A DNA stretch of 64,000 nucleotides from Candidatus Omnitrophota bacterium (GCA_015233335.1 JADFXX010000004.1:79237-143236); one strand, 5' to 3'. Shown: positions 9,694 through 21,124, counted from the stretch's first letter. Numbers and translations are program-made. The notes: generated by a model from the sequence alone, not told the origin.

Positions 9694-11772
9694 TTAAACT
9701 AAATGCAAAGCCACTAAAATCATATCGATCAGTTTAATCCCCACAAAGGGAGTAATGACGCCACCAAGTCCGTAAATAAGCAGGTTATCCCGCAAAAGAC
9801 GGCTGGCCGCCACAGGCCTGTAGGGCACGCCGAATAAAGACAAAGGGATAAGGAATATAATGATCAGGGCGTTAAAAACAACCGCGGACAATATCGCACT
9901 TTGGGCCGTTGCCAAGTGCATAACGTTAAGTGCCTCCAGGGCCGGATAAGTGCCCACAAAAACCGCCGGGATAATGGCAAAATACTTGGATACGTCGTTG
10001 GCAATGCTAAAGGTCGTGAGGGAACCTCGCGTGATCAAAAGCTGTTTTCCGATTTTAACGACTTCGATCAATTTAGTAGGATTAGAATCCAGGTCCACCA
10101 TGTTCCCCGCTTCTTTGGCAGCCTGTGTTCCGGTATTCATGGCCAGGGCCACGTCTGCCTGGGCCAAAGCCGGTGCGTCATTAGTCCCGTCGCCGGTCAT
10201 AGCGACCAAGCGGCCGCCGGTCTGCATTTCACGGATCAATTTTAATTTAGTTTCGGGCGTGGCCTGCGCCAAAAAATCATCCATACCTGCTTCCGCGGCA
10301 ATAGCTGCCGCTGTTAAAGGATTATCCCCGGTGATCATGATGGTCTTAATGCCCATACGACGCAGCTCAGCGAACCGTTCTTTGATGCCGCCCTTGATGA
10401 TATCCTTCAATTGAATAACCCCAAGGACATTTTTCCCTTCTGCGACGACCAGCGGAGTCCCGCCGCCTTTGGAAATAATTTCGATGGTCGATTTCAAATC
10501 ATCGGGAAAGATGCCACCGGCATTTCTCACATAGCCCTCGATCGCTTCAACCGCACCCTTTCTAATTTGGCGATTCGCTCCCAAATCAACACCGCTCATT
10601 CTAGTTTGAGCGCTAAAGGGAATGAACTTCGCTTCCAATTCCTTGGTTTGACGTTCCCGAATCCCATATTTTTCTTTCGCTAAAACAACAATACTGCGAC
10701 CTTCCGGTGTTTCATCGGACAAAGAAGACAATTGGGCACAATCGGCCAAGTCTTCGACACTCACTCCCTTAGTCGGGACAAAAGCCACGGCCTGCCTGTT
10801 GCCAAGGGTAATAGTCCCTGTTTTATCCAACAATAAAACATCGACGTCGCCAGCCGCTTCGACCGCGCGTCCGGATGTGGCAATAACATTAGCCTGGATC
10901 ATACGGTCCATACCAGCGATGCCGATGGCAGGCAGGAGTCCGCCGATGGTCGTCGGAATTAAACAAACCAGTAAGGCAACTAAAGCTGTCACGGTAATGA
11001 CAACCCCTTTCCCCGCAAGATCAACGCTAAAAATCGAAAATGGCAAGAGGGTCACCGTGACCAGAAGAAAAATGATGGTAAAAACGACCAGCAGGATACC
11101 CAAGGCTATTTCATTAGGTGTTTTTTGACGGCGTGCACCTTCGACCATCGCGATCATATGGTCCAAGAATGTTTCTCCGGGGTTAGCCGTAATGCATATG
11201 ACCAGCCAATCAGAAAGAACGCGGGTCCCCCCGGTGACAGCTGAACGGTCTCCTCCGCTTTCACGGATAACCGGAGCGCTTTCCCCGGTAATGGCGCTTT
11301 CATCGACGGATGCCACTCCTTCGACAACTTCGCCGTCCATAGGGATATAATCTCCGCGTTCAACCAGCACAACATCCCCTTTGATCAGGGTGGTCGCTGA
11401 AACAGTATCATAAGCAGAACCATAGATAGGTTTTATCAACTTTTTAGCCGGTGTATCTTTACGGGCACGTCGTAAACTCTCTGCCTGAGCTTTGCCCCTA
11501 CCCTCGGCCATAGCTTCGGCAAAATTTGCAAAAACAATGGTAAACCACAACCATAAGGATATGGCTAAAATAAAGCCGGCCTTAGCTTCACCGTGACCGC
11601 CTAATGCCTGCACAAACAGTCCGGTGGTCAAAACGCTGCCGACTAAAACGACAAACATCACAGGATTTTTGATCTGATGCCGGGGGTCCAATTTCTTAAA
11701 TGACTCAATAATAGCCGGCCCTAATATCGTCGGCTCAAAAAGCGATGTCATGTTACTGTGAGTCTTTTTCAT
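9694..11772 (-). CDS. kdpB: K+-transporting P-type ATPase subunit KdpB
   Basis: 692 aa with DKTGTIT, TGDN and [10 protein letters not shown] motifs. Confidence 0.95.
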   Translation of the reverse strand: MKKTHSNMTSLFEPTILGPAIIESFKKLDPRHQIKNPVMFVVLVGSVLTTGLFVQALGGHGEAKAGFILAISLWLWFTIVFANFAEAMAEGRGKAQAESLRRARKDTPAKKLIKPIYGSAYDTVSATTLIKGDVVLVERGDYIPMDGEVVEGVASVDESAITGESAPVIRESGGDRSAVTGGTRVLSDWLVICITANPGETFLDHMIAMVEGARRQKTPNEIALGILLVVFTIIFLLVTVTLLPFSIFSVDLAGKGVVITVTALVALLVCLIPTTIGGLLPAIGIAGMDRMIQANVIATSGRAVEAAGDVDVLLLDKTGTITLGNRQAVAFVPTKGVSVEDLADCAQLSSLSDETPEGRSIVVLAKEKYGIRERQTKELEAKFIPFSAQTRMSGVDLGANRQIRKGAVEAIEGYVRNAGGIFPDDLKSTIEIISKGGGTPLVVAEGKNVLGVIQLKDIIKGGIKERFAELRRMGIKTIMITGDNPLTAAAIAAEAGMDDFLAQATPETKLKLIREMQTGGRLVAMTGDGTNDAPALAQADVALAMNTGTQAAKEAGNMVDLDSNPTKLIEVVKIGKQLLITRGSLTTFSIANDVSKYFAIIPAVFVGTYPALEALNVMHLATAQSAILSAVVFNALIIIFLIPLSLFGVPYRPVAASRLLRDNLLIYGLGGVITPFVGIKLIDMILVALHLV

Positions 11773-11773
11773 A

Positions 11774-13519
11774 TTATCCTTTAACCAACATTAAATGTTC
11801 CGCAATAGGCCCTAAGGCGAGTGCCGGGAAGAATACCAAGGCGCCGACGACCAGAACGACCATGGCCAAAAAGAAAACAAACAGCGGTGTATGGGTCGGC
11901 AAGGTCCCTTGAGTTGTCGGCACAATTTTCTTAGCTGACAAAGATCCGGCAACAGCCAGCATCGGGATCGCCAGCCAATAGCGTCCAAAAAACATCGCAA
12001 TCGCCGTCATCACATTATAAAAAACCGTGTTCGCATTAATCCCCCCAAAAGCACTCCCATTATTTCCGGCAGCTGAACTAAAGGCATAAAGGATCTCACT
12101 AAATCCATGCGGGCCGGGGTTAGAGATACCGGCTTTCCCAGCGACTGTAAGCACGGCAATGGCCGTGGGTATCAAAATAAACAAATGGGGAATTAAAGCG
12201 ACCAGGGAAGCCATCTTCATTTCAAACACTTCGATCTTCTTCCCCAAATATTCCGGTGTGCGTCCGATCATCAGGCCGGCGATAAAAACAGCCACGATCA
12301 CAAAGGCGATCATGCCATAAAGCCCGCAGCCTACTCCGCCGAAAATGACTTCCCCCATTTGGATAAGCCATAAAGGGATTAATCCGGATAATGGCATAAG
12401 AGAGTCGTGCATACAGTTGACTGACCCATTGGCGACCGCTGTGGTCGAAACGGCCCAAAGGCTTGAATTAACAATCCCAAAACGGGCTTCTTTGCCTTCC
12501 ATGTTCCCGCCGGGCTGAAAATCGGATGCTTTTTGGTCAACCCCCAATTTGTCCAACAAAGGATTACCCTGCTGTTCAATCTGTATGCCGGCCCACAGGC
12601 AGGGAAGAAAGATAATAAACATCGCGGCCAGTATGGCCCAGCCTTGTCGACGGTCTTTAACCATCACCCCAAAGGAATAGCACAACGCCACGGGGATCAG
12701 CACAATAGCCAGTAATTCTAGAAAATTAGAAACAGGAGTTGGATTTTCATAGGGATGTGCAGAGTTGACATTATAAAATCCTCCGCCGTTGCTGCCTAAT
12801 TGTTTTATGGCGATCTGAGAGGCCACAGGCCCCAAAGCAAGATCCTGCTCTATAACAGGTTTTCCGTTACTATCTTTAGCAGTTTGAAGAAGTTTTGCCG
12901 CGGCACTATTATGGAAAGTCTGCGGTATTCCTTGGGAGACAAAAGCAACAGCAAACACGATTGACAAAGGCAGCAAGACATAAAGAACACTTCTCACCAA
13001 ATCCACCCAAAAATTCCCGATGGTATTCATCTGTTTTTGAATAAACCCTCTGATTAAAGCCACCAAGACCGCCATGCCAGTTGCCGCGGAAACGAAATTC
13101 TGGACAGTCAGGGCGAGCATCTGAGTCAAGTAGCTCATAGTGCTTTCCCCGCCATAACCTTGCCAGTTAGTATTAGAGGCAAAACTCACAGCAGTGTTAA
13201 AGGAAGAGTCCGGTGACACCGCGGGCATGGCCATGGGATTTAGAGGAAGGAAAGCTTGAAGGCGCTGGATAGCATAAACGGCCAAAATACCTAAAACATT
13301 AAATAAGACCATGGCCACGGCATAGGTTTTCCAAGGCATGCCGGTTTCCGTTTTCACGCCGCAAAGTCTATAAATCCATTTTTCAAAGGGAGCCAACCAC
13401 ACGTTTAAACCCGCAGGGCTTCCCTCATATATATGGGCCATATACGTTCCAAGCGGTTTGACCGTCAAAAATACGACGATCAGAAAAAAAGCAGCTTGGA
13501 TAAAATCATTAAGGCTCAT
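11774..13519 (-). CDS. kdpA: K+-transporting ATPase subunit KdpA
   Basis: Polytopic membrane protein. I chose the internal ATG at 13519 ([12 protein letters not shown]...), 16 nt after the kdpF stop. The longer track ORF would overlap kdpF. Confidence 0.92.
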   Translation of the reverse strand: MSLNDFIQAAFFLIVVFLTVKPLGTYMAHIYEGSPAGLNVWLAPFEKWIYRLCGVKTETGMPWKTYAVAMVLFNVLGILAVYAIQRLQAFLPLNPMAMPAVSPDSSFNTAVSFASNTNWQGYGGESTMSYLTQMLALTVQNFVSAATGMAVLVALIRGFIQKQMNTIGNFWVDLVRSVLYVLLPLSIVFAVAFVSQGIPQTFHNSAAAKLLQTAKDSNGKPVIEQDLALGPVASQIAIKQLGSNGGGFYNVNSAHPYENPTPVSNFLELLAIVLIPVALCYSFGVMVKDRRQGWAILAAMFIIFLPCLWAGIQIEQQGNPLLDKLGVDQKASDFQPGGNMEGKEARFGIVNSSLWAVSTTAVANGSVNCMHDSLMPLSGLIPLWLIQMGEVIFGGVGCGLYGMIAFVIVAVFIAGLMIGRTPEYLGKKIEVFEMKMASLVALIPHLFILIPTAIAVLTVAGKAGISNPGPHGFSEILYAFSSAAGNNGSAFGGINANTVFYNVMTAIAMFFGRYWLAIPMLAVAGSLSAKKIVPTTQGTLPTHTPLFVFFLAMVVLVVGALVFFPALALGPIAEHLMLVKG

Positions 13520-13535
13520 GAAAACCTGCTTTCGG

Positions 13536-13625
13536 TTAGAATATTTCCGGTTTAAGCAAAGCAATTAAAAGATAAACGAACAAACCAAATGAGGCAATCC
13601 CGCCGATCCAGTAAATAGCTAACAT
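13536..13625 (-). CDS. kdpF: K+-transporting ATPase subunit KdpF (29 aa)
   Basis: Own translation: MLAIYWIGGIASFGLFVYLLIALLKPEIF. A single TM helix with a C-terminal LLKPE is KdpF-like, and it lies directly upstream of kdpA. Confidence 0.7.
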   Translation of the reverse strand: MLAIYWIGGIASFGLFVYLLIALLKPEIF

Positions 13626-13635
13626 AAATACCCCC

Positions 13636-13719
13636 CTATACTTTAGAGCACAAAACAATAAAGCCCCAAGTAACAACCGCAAAAAACAATGTTAAACCAA
13701 TAAAAACAATATCCATCAT
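13636..13719 (-). CDS. Candidate 27-aa hydrophobic peptide upstream of kdpF
   Basis: Own translation: MMDIVFIGLTLFFAVVTWGFIVLCSKV. It is preceded by GGAGAG 6 nt upstream of the ATG, and its stop lies 10 nt before the kdpF start. Confidence 0.4.
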   Translation of the reverse strand: MMDIVFIGLTLFFAVVTWGFIVLCSKV

Positions 13720-13869
13720 AGTCTTCTCTCCTGAAATAAATCCTGAAACAAGTTTAGCATGATCGCCAATTTTAGCTAATTAAAAGGGCCCCAAAAGTTA
13801 TTAAAAAAGTATTAAAATGCCTTGAGAAAAATACTGCGGATATTAAAGGATCAATTGCCCTACAAAATC

Positions 13870-16389
13870 CTATTCATAACCATACTTTTTGATAAACCAC
13901 GCTTTCATGGCCTGAACGGACCATAAATAAACCCCCACAATTAAAACGAGGAACAAGAAAAATGATGCGGGCGGCATAATAAATTTAAAATAACTCCCAA
14001 GCGGTGTGTAAGGAAGAACCAGTGCGATCGAAACAATGTAGATGGATGTAAATATCAAGAACGGACTCGGCCAACTTTCTATAAATGGTATTTTACCGGT
14101 GCGTATAATATGAATGACCAAAGTCTGCGTACACATCGATTCTAAAAACCAACCTGTGGCAAACAGGTCTTGCTGGGCATGAAAAATGAAGATTAAAACG
14201 CCAAAAGTCAAATAATCAAACACAGAACTTAAGGGTCCGAAATACATCATAAATCTCTTAATATAATTGACATTCCACGACCTTGATTTTAACAAATACT
14301 CTTCATCCACGTCATCCGAGGGGATTGCCACTTGGGAGGCGTCATACAAGAAATTATTCAAGATGATCTGAATCGGGTACATCGGCAAAAAAGGCAAAAA
14401 GAAACTCGCCCCTGTCATGCTGAACATATTCCCAAAATTCGAACTCGCCCCCATTTTGATATATTTAAAAATATTCCCAAAGACACGCCTGCCCTCTAAA
14501 ACGCCGTCGCGAAGGACCATTAAATTCTTCTGCAAAAGGATGATATCCGCAGATTCCTTGGCAATGTCGACAGCATTATTCACAGAAATCCCGACGTCAG
14601 CGGCCTTCAGGGCCGGCGCGTCATTAATACCGTCACCCAGATACCCTACGGTATGGTTATTCCTGTGCAAAGCGCGTATAACCCGCTCTTTTTGCATAGG
14701 AGAGAGCCGGGCAAAAACGGTTGTTGTTTTGACCGATTCCTTAAGCTGGTCATCGGTCATTTTTTCTAACTGGTCTCCGGTCAAAAGGCCCTTGATATCA
14801 AGGCCCACCTCACTGCAGATCTTTTTGGTGACCAGATCATTATCTCCGGTCAGCACTTTAAGCTCTATCCCCAACTTTCTCAAGACCTCAATAGTTTTAC
14901 GGGCTGTTGGTTTAGGCGGGTCAAGAAAAGCAATATAACCCTTTAAAACTAAGTCCTGCTCGTCATCCTTAGAATAAACGTCCTTATTTGCCCCCATGTC
15001 TTTATAGGCAATCGCCAGAACCCTAAAACCATCAGCACTTAAAGAATCATATTCTTCCTTTAAATCAGTTAATACAATTTGATCCAGTTCCTCGATTTCA
15101 CCATCCAGTTCATACTTGGTGCATCTTTTCAATATTTCTTCAGGGGCCCCTTTTGAAATGATCTTATGTCTTCCCTCCATATCGACAACGACCGACATCA
15201 GTCTTCGTGAAAAGTCAAAAGGCATCTCATCAATCTTTTTATATTGCTTAACGACCAATTTTTCATATTTCAAGACCGCTTTGTCCAAAATATTCTTAAG
15301 CCCTGTTTGATAAAAGCTGTTGATATACGCAAGTTTAAGGACTCCCTCGTCTTCTTTTCTGACGATATCGCAGTATCTTTCCAGAACAATTTTATCGAGC
15401 GTCAATGTCCCTGTCTTATCCGTACACAACACATCCATAGCGCCGAAATTCTGGATGGAGTTCAGGCGTTTGACAATGACTTCTTTTTTAGACATCGCGA
15501 TGGCCCCTTTGGAAAGGTTGATCGTCACAAGCATAGGCAGCATTTCAGGGGTCAGGCCTATCGCGACAGCCAATGAAAACAAAAGAGCCTCCATAAAATT
15601 ACCTTTGGTAAAGTAATTGATCGAGCAAATAGCGACCACCAGCACCACCATAGCGCGGATCATAAGCCAGACGAATTGGTTGATACCGCGGTCGAAACTA
15701 GTCGGTTGATTGATAGAAGCAAGCCGCTTAGAGATGGCCCCAAACTCAGTAGCCAACCCTGTTCTTAAAACCACGCCCAAGGCGGTACCGCTCACAACAC
15801 TGGAGCCCATAAACGCGGTGCAATCCACAGTGGCTGTTTTTTCCACCGGCATAGATTCACCAGTTAAGGCCGCCTGGTTAACAAACAGATCTTTGGCCTG
15901 TATGATCCTTAAATCAGCCGGGATCATATCTCCCGCGAATAGGTCTACGATGTCTCCGGGCACGATCTGTCTGATGGGAATTTCCTTAGACTTACCGTTT
16001 CGATAAACGGTGGCTGTTGCGCGCACCATCTCGCTTAATCTTTCCGCTTCCTTATCTGCGCGGTATTCCTGAAAAAAACCAAGAACGACGCTCATGATTG
16101 CCATAAGGCCGATAATAGAACCGCTGACAGGGTCCCCCGTCCAAAAAGTGACGCCCGCGATGACGACAAGCAGGAGGACCAACGGGTGAAAAAACTTAAG
16201 GATAAACTGAAAAACGATGGCTCTTTTCTGTTTCTTAGCCGACTCATTAAATCCATATTCGTCAAGGCGTTTTTGGGCTTCCGCCTCAGAAAGGCCGCTT
16301 GCCGATGTCTGGAGTTTCTCAAATAGGACTTCTTTGGCGCATCCTTTATAATCAAAATCAAGTGTTTGGTTTTTTTGTTTATTATTCAT
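13870..16389 (-). CDS. mgtA: Mg2+-importing P-type ATPase (MgtA/MgtB type)
   Basis: 839 aa. Motifs: LFVNQAALTGESMPVEK, LTPEMLPMLVTINLSKGA, DKTGTLT, GDGINDAPAL. Confidence 0.9.
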   Translation of the reverse strand: MNNKQKNQTLDFDYKGCAKEVLFEKLQTSASGLSEAEAQKRLDEYGFNESAKKQKRAIVFQFILKFFHPLVLLLVVIAGVTFWTGDPVSGSIIGLMAIMSVVLGFFQEYRADKEAERLSEMVRATATVYRNGKSKEIPIRQIVPGDIVDLFAGDMIPADLRIIQAKDLFVNQAALTGESMPVEKTATVDCTAFMGSSVVSGTALGVVLRTGLATEFGAISKRLASINQPTSFDRGINQFVWLMIRAMVVLVVAICSINYFTKGNFMEALLFSLAVAIGLTPEMLPMLVTINLSKGAIAMSKKEVIVKRLNSIQNFGAMDVLCTDKTGTLTLDKIVLERYCDIVRKEDEGVLKLAYINSFYQTGLKNILDKAVLKYEKLVVKQYKKIDEMPFDFSRRLMSVVVDMEGRHKIISKGAPEEILKRCTKYELDGEIEELDQIVLTDLKEEYDSLSADGFRVLAIAYKDMGANKDVYSKDDEQDLVLKGYIAFLDPPKPTARKTIEVLRKLGIELKVLTGDNDLVTKKICSEVGLDIKGLLTGDQLEKMTDDQLKESVKTTTVFARLSPMQKERVIRALHRNNHTVGYLGDGINDAPALKAADVGISVNNAVDIAKESADIILLQKNLMVLRDGVLEGRRVFGNIFKYIKMGASSNFGNMFSMTGASFFLPFLPMYPIQIILNNFLYDASQVAIPSDDVDEEYLLKSRSWNVNYIKRFMMYFGPLSSVFDYLTFGVLIFIFHAQQDLFATGWFLESMCTQTLVIHIIRTGKIPFIESWPSPFLIFTSIYIVSIALVLPYTPLGSYFKFIMPPASFFLFLVLIVGVYLWSVQAMKAWFIKKYGYE

Positions 16390-17782
16390 TGGTATGACTC
16401 CTCATCACAGCCACCGCCAGCCCGATGACCAGCCACATAAGAACGCCGAGCTGGACAGTGTAGAAGGTATTATCAAAAAAACTCTGAATGAAAAAGCCAA
16501 ACAATCCCGCCAAAGTTCCCTGAAGGACAGTTTTAGACCACAAAGTCTCCAGGGCCCTAAAAGAATTTAATCCCTGTTGAAACAGAACAAACAGCATCCA
16601 TAAGAAACAAGCAAGCCCCAGCAATCCGGTTTCAGCCGTAAGTTGAAGATAACAATTATGGGCATACCACCATGTTTTGGGATCAGGATTCCGCTTGAGA
16701 ATTCTTGAATAAGTATTCAGCCCCGTTCCCAAAATAGGAGACGTTCGGATGATCGAGACCGCCTTTTCCCAAAACCCCCTGCGTCCAGATCCTCCCTGTT
16801 GCAACAGTGAGGCAACTAATGAAACGCCCAAATGTTTAGGATCAGATTGTTCTCGACTTACAGTGGAAGAAGAATGTTTGTCTTGAGTCTGTTGTCGAGC
16901 CACAGCAGGATTATTATCATTGATCAAAGATAAGTGCCTAACATGGCTCAAAGAAGGCAGGAATAAAAAGATAAATATCAAAAATAGGATGCCAGCGTAA
17001 AGCACTTTTCGACGATCCTCCCAAACCATAAAAAGCAATATACCCAAAAATCCGAGCCAAGCGCTCCGGGAGTAAGTCCAGCACAAGCAAACTATCAAAA
17101 GCATCAAAAGAACGATCAAAAATCCCTGCAAGAAAGATACTCTATTTTTAGCTATAGTTAGATATAACAGATGGGATTCAATACCAATAACCGGCAACAA
17201 ATAAGCGCCTAATCCATTGCAGGTAGAAAAAGAAGAGTTGATCCTCCCGCCCGCCATGGCTTGACCTTTTAAAAAATCAACACCCCAATAATGTTCAGAC
17301 ACTCCGTTGACAAGGACGACAAAAGCAGAGGCCAGTAAAATATTCAAAAAAATCTGAATTCGTTTGACTGTCACAAAGGCCTCAATAAAACTAAAATATA
17401 AAAATATGCCTTTAAGGAATTTCCCAAAAAAAGCGAACAAGCTAAGCCCAAAATACTGACTCTGCAGCACGGAAATAAAGAACACTAAAACTAAAAATTG
17501 TAAAGGGAGCCCCAGAATGTTGGCCCCAGGCGTCAATCCTTCAATAATAAAACGGGCTTTGGCTACCACGTTCAAGTGGGAAAACCTTAATGGCCAATGA
17601 AAAGCAATCTGGCTAATTTTCTTTACAACATAGAAAAAAATGACCAAACCAGCGAAAGAATCGAGCAAAGCGATTGAGATAGGCAGAAAAAAAACCAAAG
17701 CACATGTAGAGAAAACGATCCCCCTGTCACATAAGGCAGCGATGCTGGTATTGGCCAAAGACAAAGGTTTTCGGATGCTCAT
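16382..17782 (-). CDS. O-antigen ligase/polymerase family (Wzy_C-like) membrane protein
   Basis: 466 aa, polytopic. WWYAHNCYLQLTAETGLLGL resembles the Wzy_C H-N-x-x-L...E-x-G motif. The stop overlaps the mgtA start by 8 nt. Confidence 0.7.
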   Translation of the reverse strand: MSIRKPLSLANTSIAALCDRGIVFSTCALVFFLPISIALLDSFAGLVIFFYVVKKISQIAFHWPLRFSHLNVVAKARFIIEGLTPGANILGLPLQFLVLVFFISVLQSQYFGLSLFAFFGKFLKGIFLYFSFIEAFVTVKRIQIFLNILLASAFVVLVNGVSEHYWGVDFLKGQAMAGGRINSSFSTCNGLGAYLLPVIGIESHLLYLTIAKNRVSFLQGFLIVLLMLLIVCLCWTYSRSAWLGFLGILLFMVWEDRRKVLYAGILFLIFIFLFLPSLSHVRHLSLINDNNPAVARQQTQDKHSSSTVSREQSDPKHLGVSLVASLLQQGGSGRRGFWEKAVSIIRTSPILGTGLNTYSRILKRNPDPKTWWYAHNCYLQLTAETGLLGLACFLWMLFVLFQQGLNSFRALETLWSKTVLQGTLAGLFGFFIQSFFDNTFYTVQLGVLMWLVIGLAVAVMRSHTNE

Positions 17783-18099
17783 TTTATTCTAGTATCTTCC
17801 ATGCTGACATGATCTTCATAGAAAGTTTTTCCCCATCCCACCACTTTATTATCAATTAAACAAACAGGGACTTTCTGGGAAAAAGATTGATAAGTTCGAA
17901 GGTATATATCGAATTCCACTCTCGTTTTATCGGACTTTTGATAAATTTCCACGGCTTCAGGTTTTCCCAGGGCAGCGATCAACTGTTGTTTGGTCATGCC
18001 AAGCTGGGGCTGGCTGAAAGGTTTTTTAACTTGATTGGCCGTATCGGCACAACCCAGGAGGGTCAAACATAACGCAATGGTTAAGAAATTTTTTGTCAT
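17779..18099 (-). CDS. Lipoprotein with a BamE/SmpA_OmlA-like motif
   Basis: 106 aa. It has a lipobox (LTLLGC), and GMTKQQLIAALGKPE resembles the BamE fold motif. ATGA overlaps occur at both ends. Confidence 0.55.
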   Translation of the reverse strand: MTKNFLTIALCLTLLGCADTANQVKKPFSQPQLGMTKQQLIAALGKPEAVEIYQKSDKTRVEFDIYLRTYQSFSQKVPVCLIDNKVVGWGKTFYEDHVSMEDTRIK

Positions 18100-19505
18100 A
18101 ATAAGTCCAATCCTTTTTGAAAGGCCTCATCCAGAAGATCCAAGGCTAAATCTATTTCCTGACGTGTGATATACAAAGAAGGCGCTAAGGTAAAAACATT
18201 TTTATAATAGCCTCCGATACTCAAAAGCAACCCACGCCGACGACCTGCGGCGGTCAATTTCCCTTCTAATCCGATGTTCATGATATGATCCGCCAGCTGA
18301 TGGTCAGGCGTAATACCGTCTTTACGGCAAATCTCAATGCGCAGCGCCAGGCCCAATCCGTCCACATCGCCGATCTGGGGATACTTTTTCTTTAAGTCTT
18401 TAAGGCGGTCGAGGAAGTACTTTCCCTTTTCAGGAACGCTGGTCGCAAAATCTGATTTTTCGATCAGGTTCATGACCCCCAAGGCCGCCGCAGTGCCAAT
18501 AGAATTGGAAGAATAGGTCGCATGTGTCGAGCCCGGAGGAAAAACTTCGGGAGAGATCAGATGTTCTTTGGCCCATAGACCGGAAAGCGGGTTAAGCCCG
18601 TTGGTCAAGGCCTTGCCAAAAACAATGATGTCCGGGACCACTCCGAAATGTTCGATCGCCCACATTTTACCGGTCCGAAAAAGCCCCATATGCACCTCAT
18701 CATCCACGAATAGCACCTGGTGACGGTCAAGCAATTGCTTGAGGTTTTTAAAATACTCTTTCGGCGGGGGGATATAGCCGCCGGTAGCCTGGACCGGCTC
18801 AACAAAAAATGCGCCATATTCACAATTTTTAGTTTTAGGGTTCACCAGTGAATAGTATTCCGACTCGAATAATTTCTCAAAATCCCTAAAACAAGACAGA
18901 TCACAACAATCCTTGCCGCGTCCGGAGGGACAGCGGAAACAATAGGGATAGGGGACAAAATGGGCCCGGTCCGCAAAATGTCCGTAATGTTCGCGATAAC
19001 GGTAGCTCGAGGTGATGGCCGTGGCCCCCAGAGTACGGCCATGATATCCCCCCATGAAGGCAAACATCGAATTTTTCCCGGTATGGTTGCGCACGATCTT
19101 AATAGCGTCTTCGATCGCGGCCGCACCCCCGATATTAAAATGCACCCTTCCTTTCACACCAAAAGTTTTTTCAATATTAAGGGCGATCTTCTCTGCGAGC
19201 AAGATCTTTTCTTCATGCAAATACTGGCAGGAAAGCTGCGGTAATGCGTCTATCTGATCTTTGACGATATTGTTAATATACTGATTCTTATAGCCAAAAT
19301 TAGCGACGGAATGCCACATCTGCAGATCAAGGTATTGCGTTCCCTGATCGTCATACACATAAATCCCCTCACAAAGATTAAAAATCTTAAGGTTTTTGGC
19401 GTAATGAACGGTGTCCCCCCAAGAACAATATTGAGCTTCCTTGGCTAAAAGGATCTCTTCTTTAGAGGGCACCCTGCTTCCAGGAACCTGCGATATGGGA
19501 CTCAT
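18096..19505 (-). CDS. Class III (omega) PLP-dependent aminotransferase
   Basis: 469 aa. Features: GGAAAIEDAIK, the DEVHMGLFRTG pattern, and FGKALTNG, which provides the Schiff-base Lys. Confidence 0.85.
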   Translation of the reverse strand: MSPISQVPGSRVPSKEEILLAKEAQYCSWGDTVHYAKNLKIFNLCEGIYVYDDQGTQYLDLQMWHSVANFGYKNQYINNIVKDQIDALPQLSCQYLHEEKILLAEKIALNIEKTFGVKGRVHFNIGGAAAIEDAIKIVRNHTGKNSMFAFMGGYHGRTLGATAITSSYRYREHYGHFADRAHFVPYPYCFRCPSGRGKDCCDLSCFRDFEKLFESEYYSLVNPKTKNCEYGAFFVEPVQATGGYIPPPKEYFKNLKQLLDRHQVLFVDDEVHMGLFRTGKMWAIEHFGVVPDIIVFGKALTNGLNPLSGLWAKEHLISPEVFPPGSTHATYSSNSIGTAAALGVMNLIEKSDFATSVPEKGKYFLDRLKDLKKKYPQIGDVDGLGLALRIEICRKDGITPDHQLADHIMNIGLEGKLTAAGRRRGLLLSIGGYYKNVFTLAPSLYITRQEIDLALDLLDEAFQKGLDLL

Positions 19506-19546
19506 GTATTATCCCCTTTGAGAATATGAAAAAGTAAGAACCGTGA

Positions 19547-19555
19547 ATTATACCA
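19547..19555 (-). promoter_or_regulatory. Possible extended -10 promoter element (TGgTATAAT)
   Basis: The minus strand reads TGGTATAAT about 40 nt upstream of the aminotransferase ATG. I see no good -35. Confidence 0.35.
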
Positions 19556-19580
19556 CAAATAAAAAACCTGTCATTGCAAA

Positions 19581-21122
19581 TTACCAGTCAACAGGATAAT
19601 AATCTTTAAGGAATTTACCGCACCAGTGTGCCCCTGAAAGGATGCCGTGGAAAAAAGGATCGCAGACACGGGCAGCCCCGTCTACGATATCCAGAGGAGG
19701 CTCGAAGTCATGGTTTTCCTGCTTGCGTATAGACAATGCGGCGGGGTCCTCATCGGTGACCCAGCCGGTGTCCACGGCATTCATATAAATACCGTATTTG
19801 ACTAGATCACGGGCAGAGGTATGGGTCAGCATATTTAAGGCCGCTTTGGCCATATTGGTATGCGGATGGCGGTCTGTTTTGGTAAAGCGGTGGAATTTCC
19901 CTTCCATGGCAGATACATTAACGATATGTTTCTGTCCGGTATTCTCCCGTTTCATCAATGCTAAAAGTTTATTACATAAGACAAAGGGAGCTATCGCATT
20001 AACTAACTGCAGTTCAATCATCTCAGCGGTAGGAATTTCCCCAAGCCCCAGCCGCCAGCTGTTAGTTACCCGCAAATCCACTTGTTGCAGATCCGCATCC
20101 AGTTTCCCTTGAGGAAAAACTTTCTCAACCGGTAATGCAGGATCATGCGTATAGGGGATTTGAGAAAGCTTAGCTGAGGCAGATAGGCCGATGCCGGGTA
20201 TTTTTCCATTCCAGGCCAATAAAGCTTGATTTAAGCCGGTGGATTGATTTTTTAAATGGAGATCAGACTTACACGCCTCAAAAGGCCTAAGCAAAGACTG
20301 AACACGCGAAGGCAGCTTTTGAATATCCAGCATTTCATTAGCCATCAAATGCGCATAAAAACCCGGCGGACGCCGGACAGTTTGTGCGGCGTTATTGATC
20401 AACAGGTCCAGGCGCTCATATTTTTTCCCAATAAAGTCACAAAAAAGTTCGACACTCGGTGTATGACGAAGGTCTAACCCATAAATATGAAGCCGCTTAT
20501 GCCATTGATCAAAGTCCTCTTCCCGGGAATAACGAAGTGCCGCATCCACAGGAAATCTCGTTGTAGCAATGACCCGGGCCCCGGCGCGCAACATCATCAG
20601 GGAAGCCTGATACCCGATTTTCAACCGCGAGCCTGTAATGAGGGCAACTTGTCCCTCAAGGGACGCTGTTTGAAAGCGTTTAGCATAGTTAAACTCCGCG
20701 CAGGCCGGGCACATGGCATCATAAAAAAAATGCACCCGGGTAAATTCACTTTTGCAAATATAACAGGCTCGGGGATTGATGAGCTCCTGTGCAAGGAATG
20801 CGTCATGAGTTTTGGCATGTGTTATGAGTTTCGGAGCTATAAATACCGAAGACTGGCGGGCCGCGCGGATACCGGTCGATTGGCGGACCCTGCGTTCATG
20901 TTGGTCGATATTCTGACGTTTAAGCCGGACGCGGTCCTTTTTTCTTTTACGCATTTCATCACGGTCCGGACGGGAGATCTCTCCGGCCACTTTTAAAATG
21001 GCAATTCTTTGTTGATCGGACAAGTGCGCCAACTCAACGCTGTTTTTGACTAGATCCTCCAGCACAGCGATGCAAGCTTGTATTTCTTCTTTGGAGTACT
21101 TCGCGGCGGTAATTTTATTCAT
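19581..21122 (-). CDS. Atypical long SDR-family oxidoreductase with a basic helical region and CxxC-x14-CxxC zinc-ribbon-like N-terminus
   Basis: About 513 aa from the ATG at 21122. The Rossmann segment is [13 protein letters not shown] with LINNAAQ. The N-terminal 170 aa contain [13 protein letters not shown] and [22 protein letters not shown]. Confidence 0.75.
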   Translation of the reverse strand: MNKITAAKYSKEEIQACIAVLEDLVKNSVELAHLSDQQRIAILKVAGEISRPDRDEMRKRKKDRVRLKRQNIDQHERRVRQSTGIRAARQSSVFIAPKLITHAKTHDAFLAQELINPRACYICKSEFTRVHFFYDAMCPACAEFNYAKRFQTASLEGQVALITGSRLKIGYQASLMMLRAGARVIATTRFPVDAALRYSREEDFDQWHKRLHIYGLDLRHTPSVELFCDFIGKKYERLDLLINNAAQTVRRPPGFYAHLMANEMLDIQKLPSRVQSLLRPFEACKSDLHLKNQSTGLNQALLAWNGKIPGIGLSASAKLSQIPYTHDPALPVEKVFPQGKLDADLQQVDLRVTNSWRLGLGEIPTAEMIELQLVNAIAPFVLCNKLLALMKRENTGQKHIVNVSAMEGKFHRFTKTDRHPHTNMAKAALNMLTHTSARDLVKYGIYMNAVDTGWVTDEDPAALSIRKQENHDFEPPLDIVDGAARVCDPFFHGILSGAHWCGKFLKDYYPVDW

Positions 21123-21124
21123 TT

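Noticed and set aside
13720-13869. Looked for a c-di-AMP (ydaO/kimA-type) riboswitch upstream of kdp and an M-box upstream of mgtA.
   Set aside because: The kdp leader is about 150 nt, AT-rich, and lacks any obvious pseudo-symmetric GC-rich helices. mgtA has no leader at all because its start overlaps the preceding gene. A covariance-model scan would be needed to exclude these formally.
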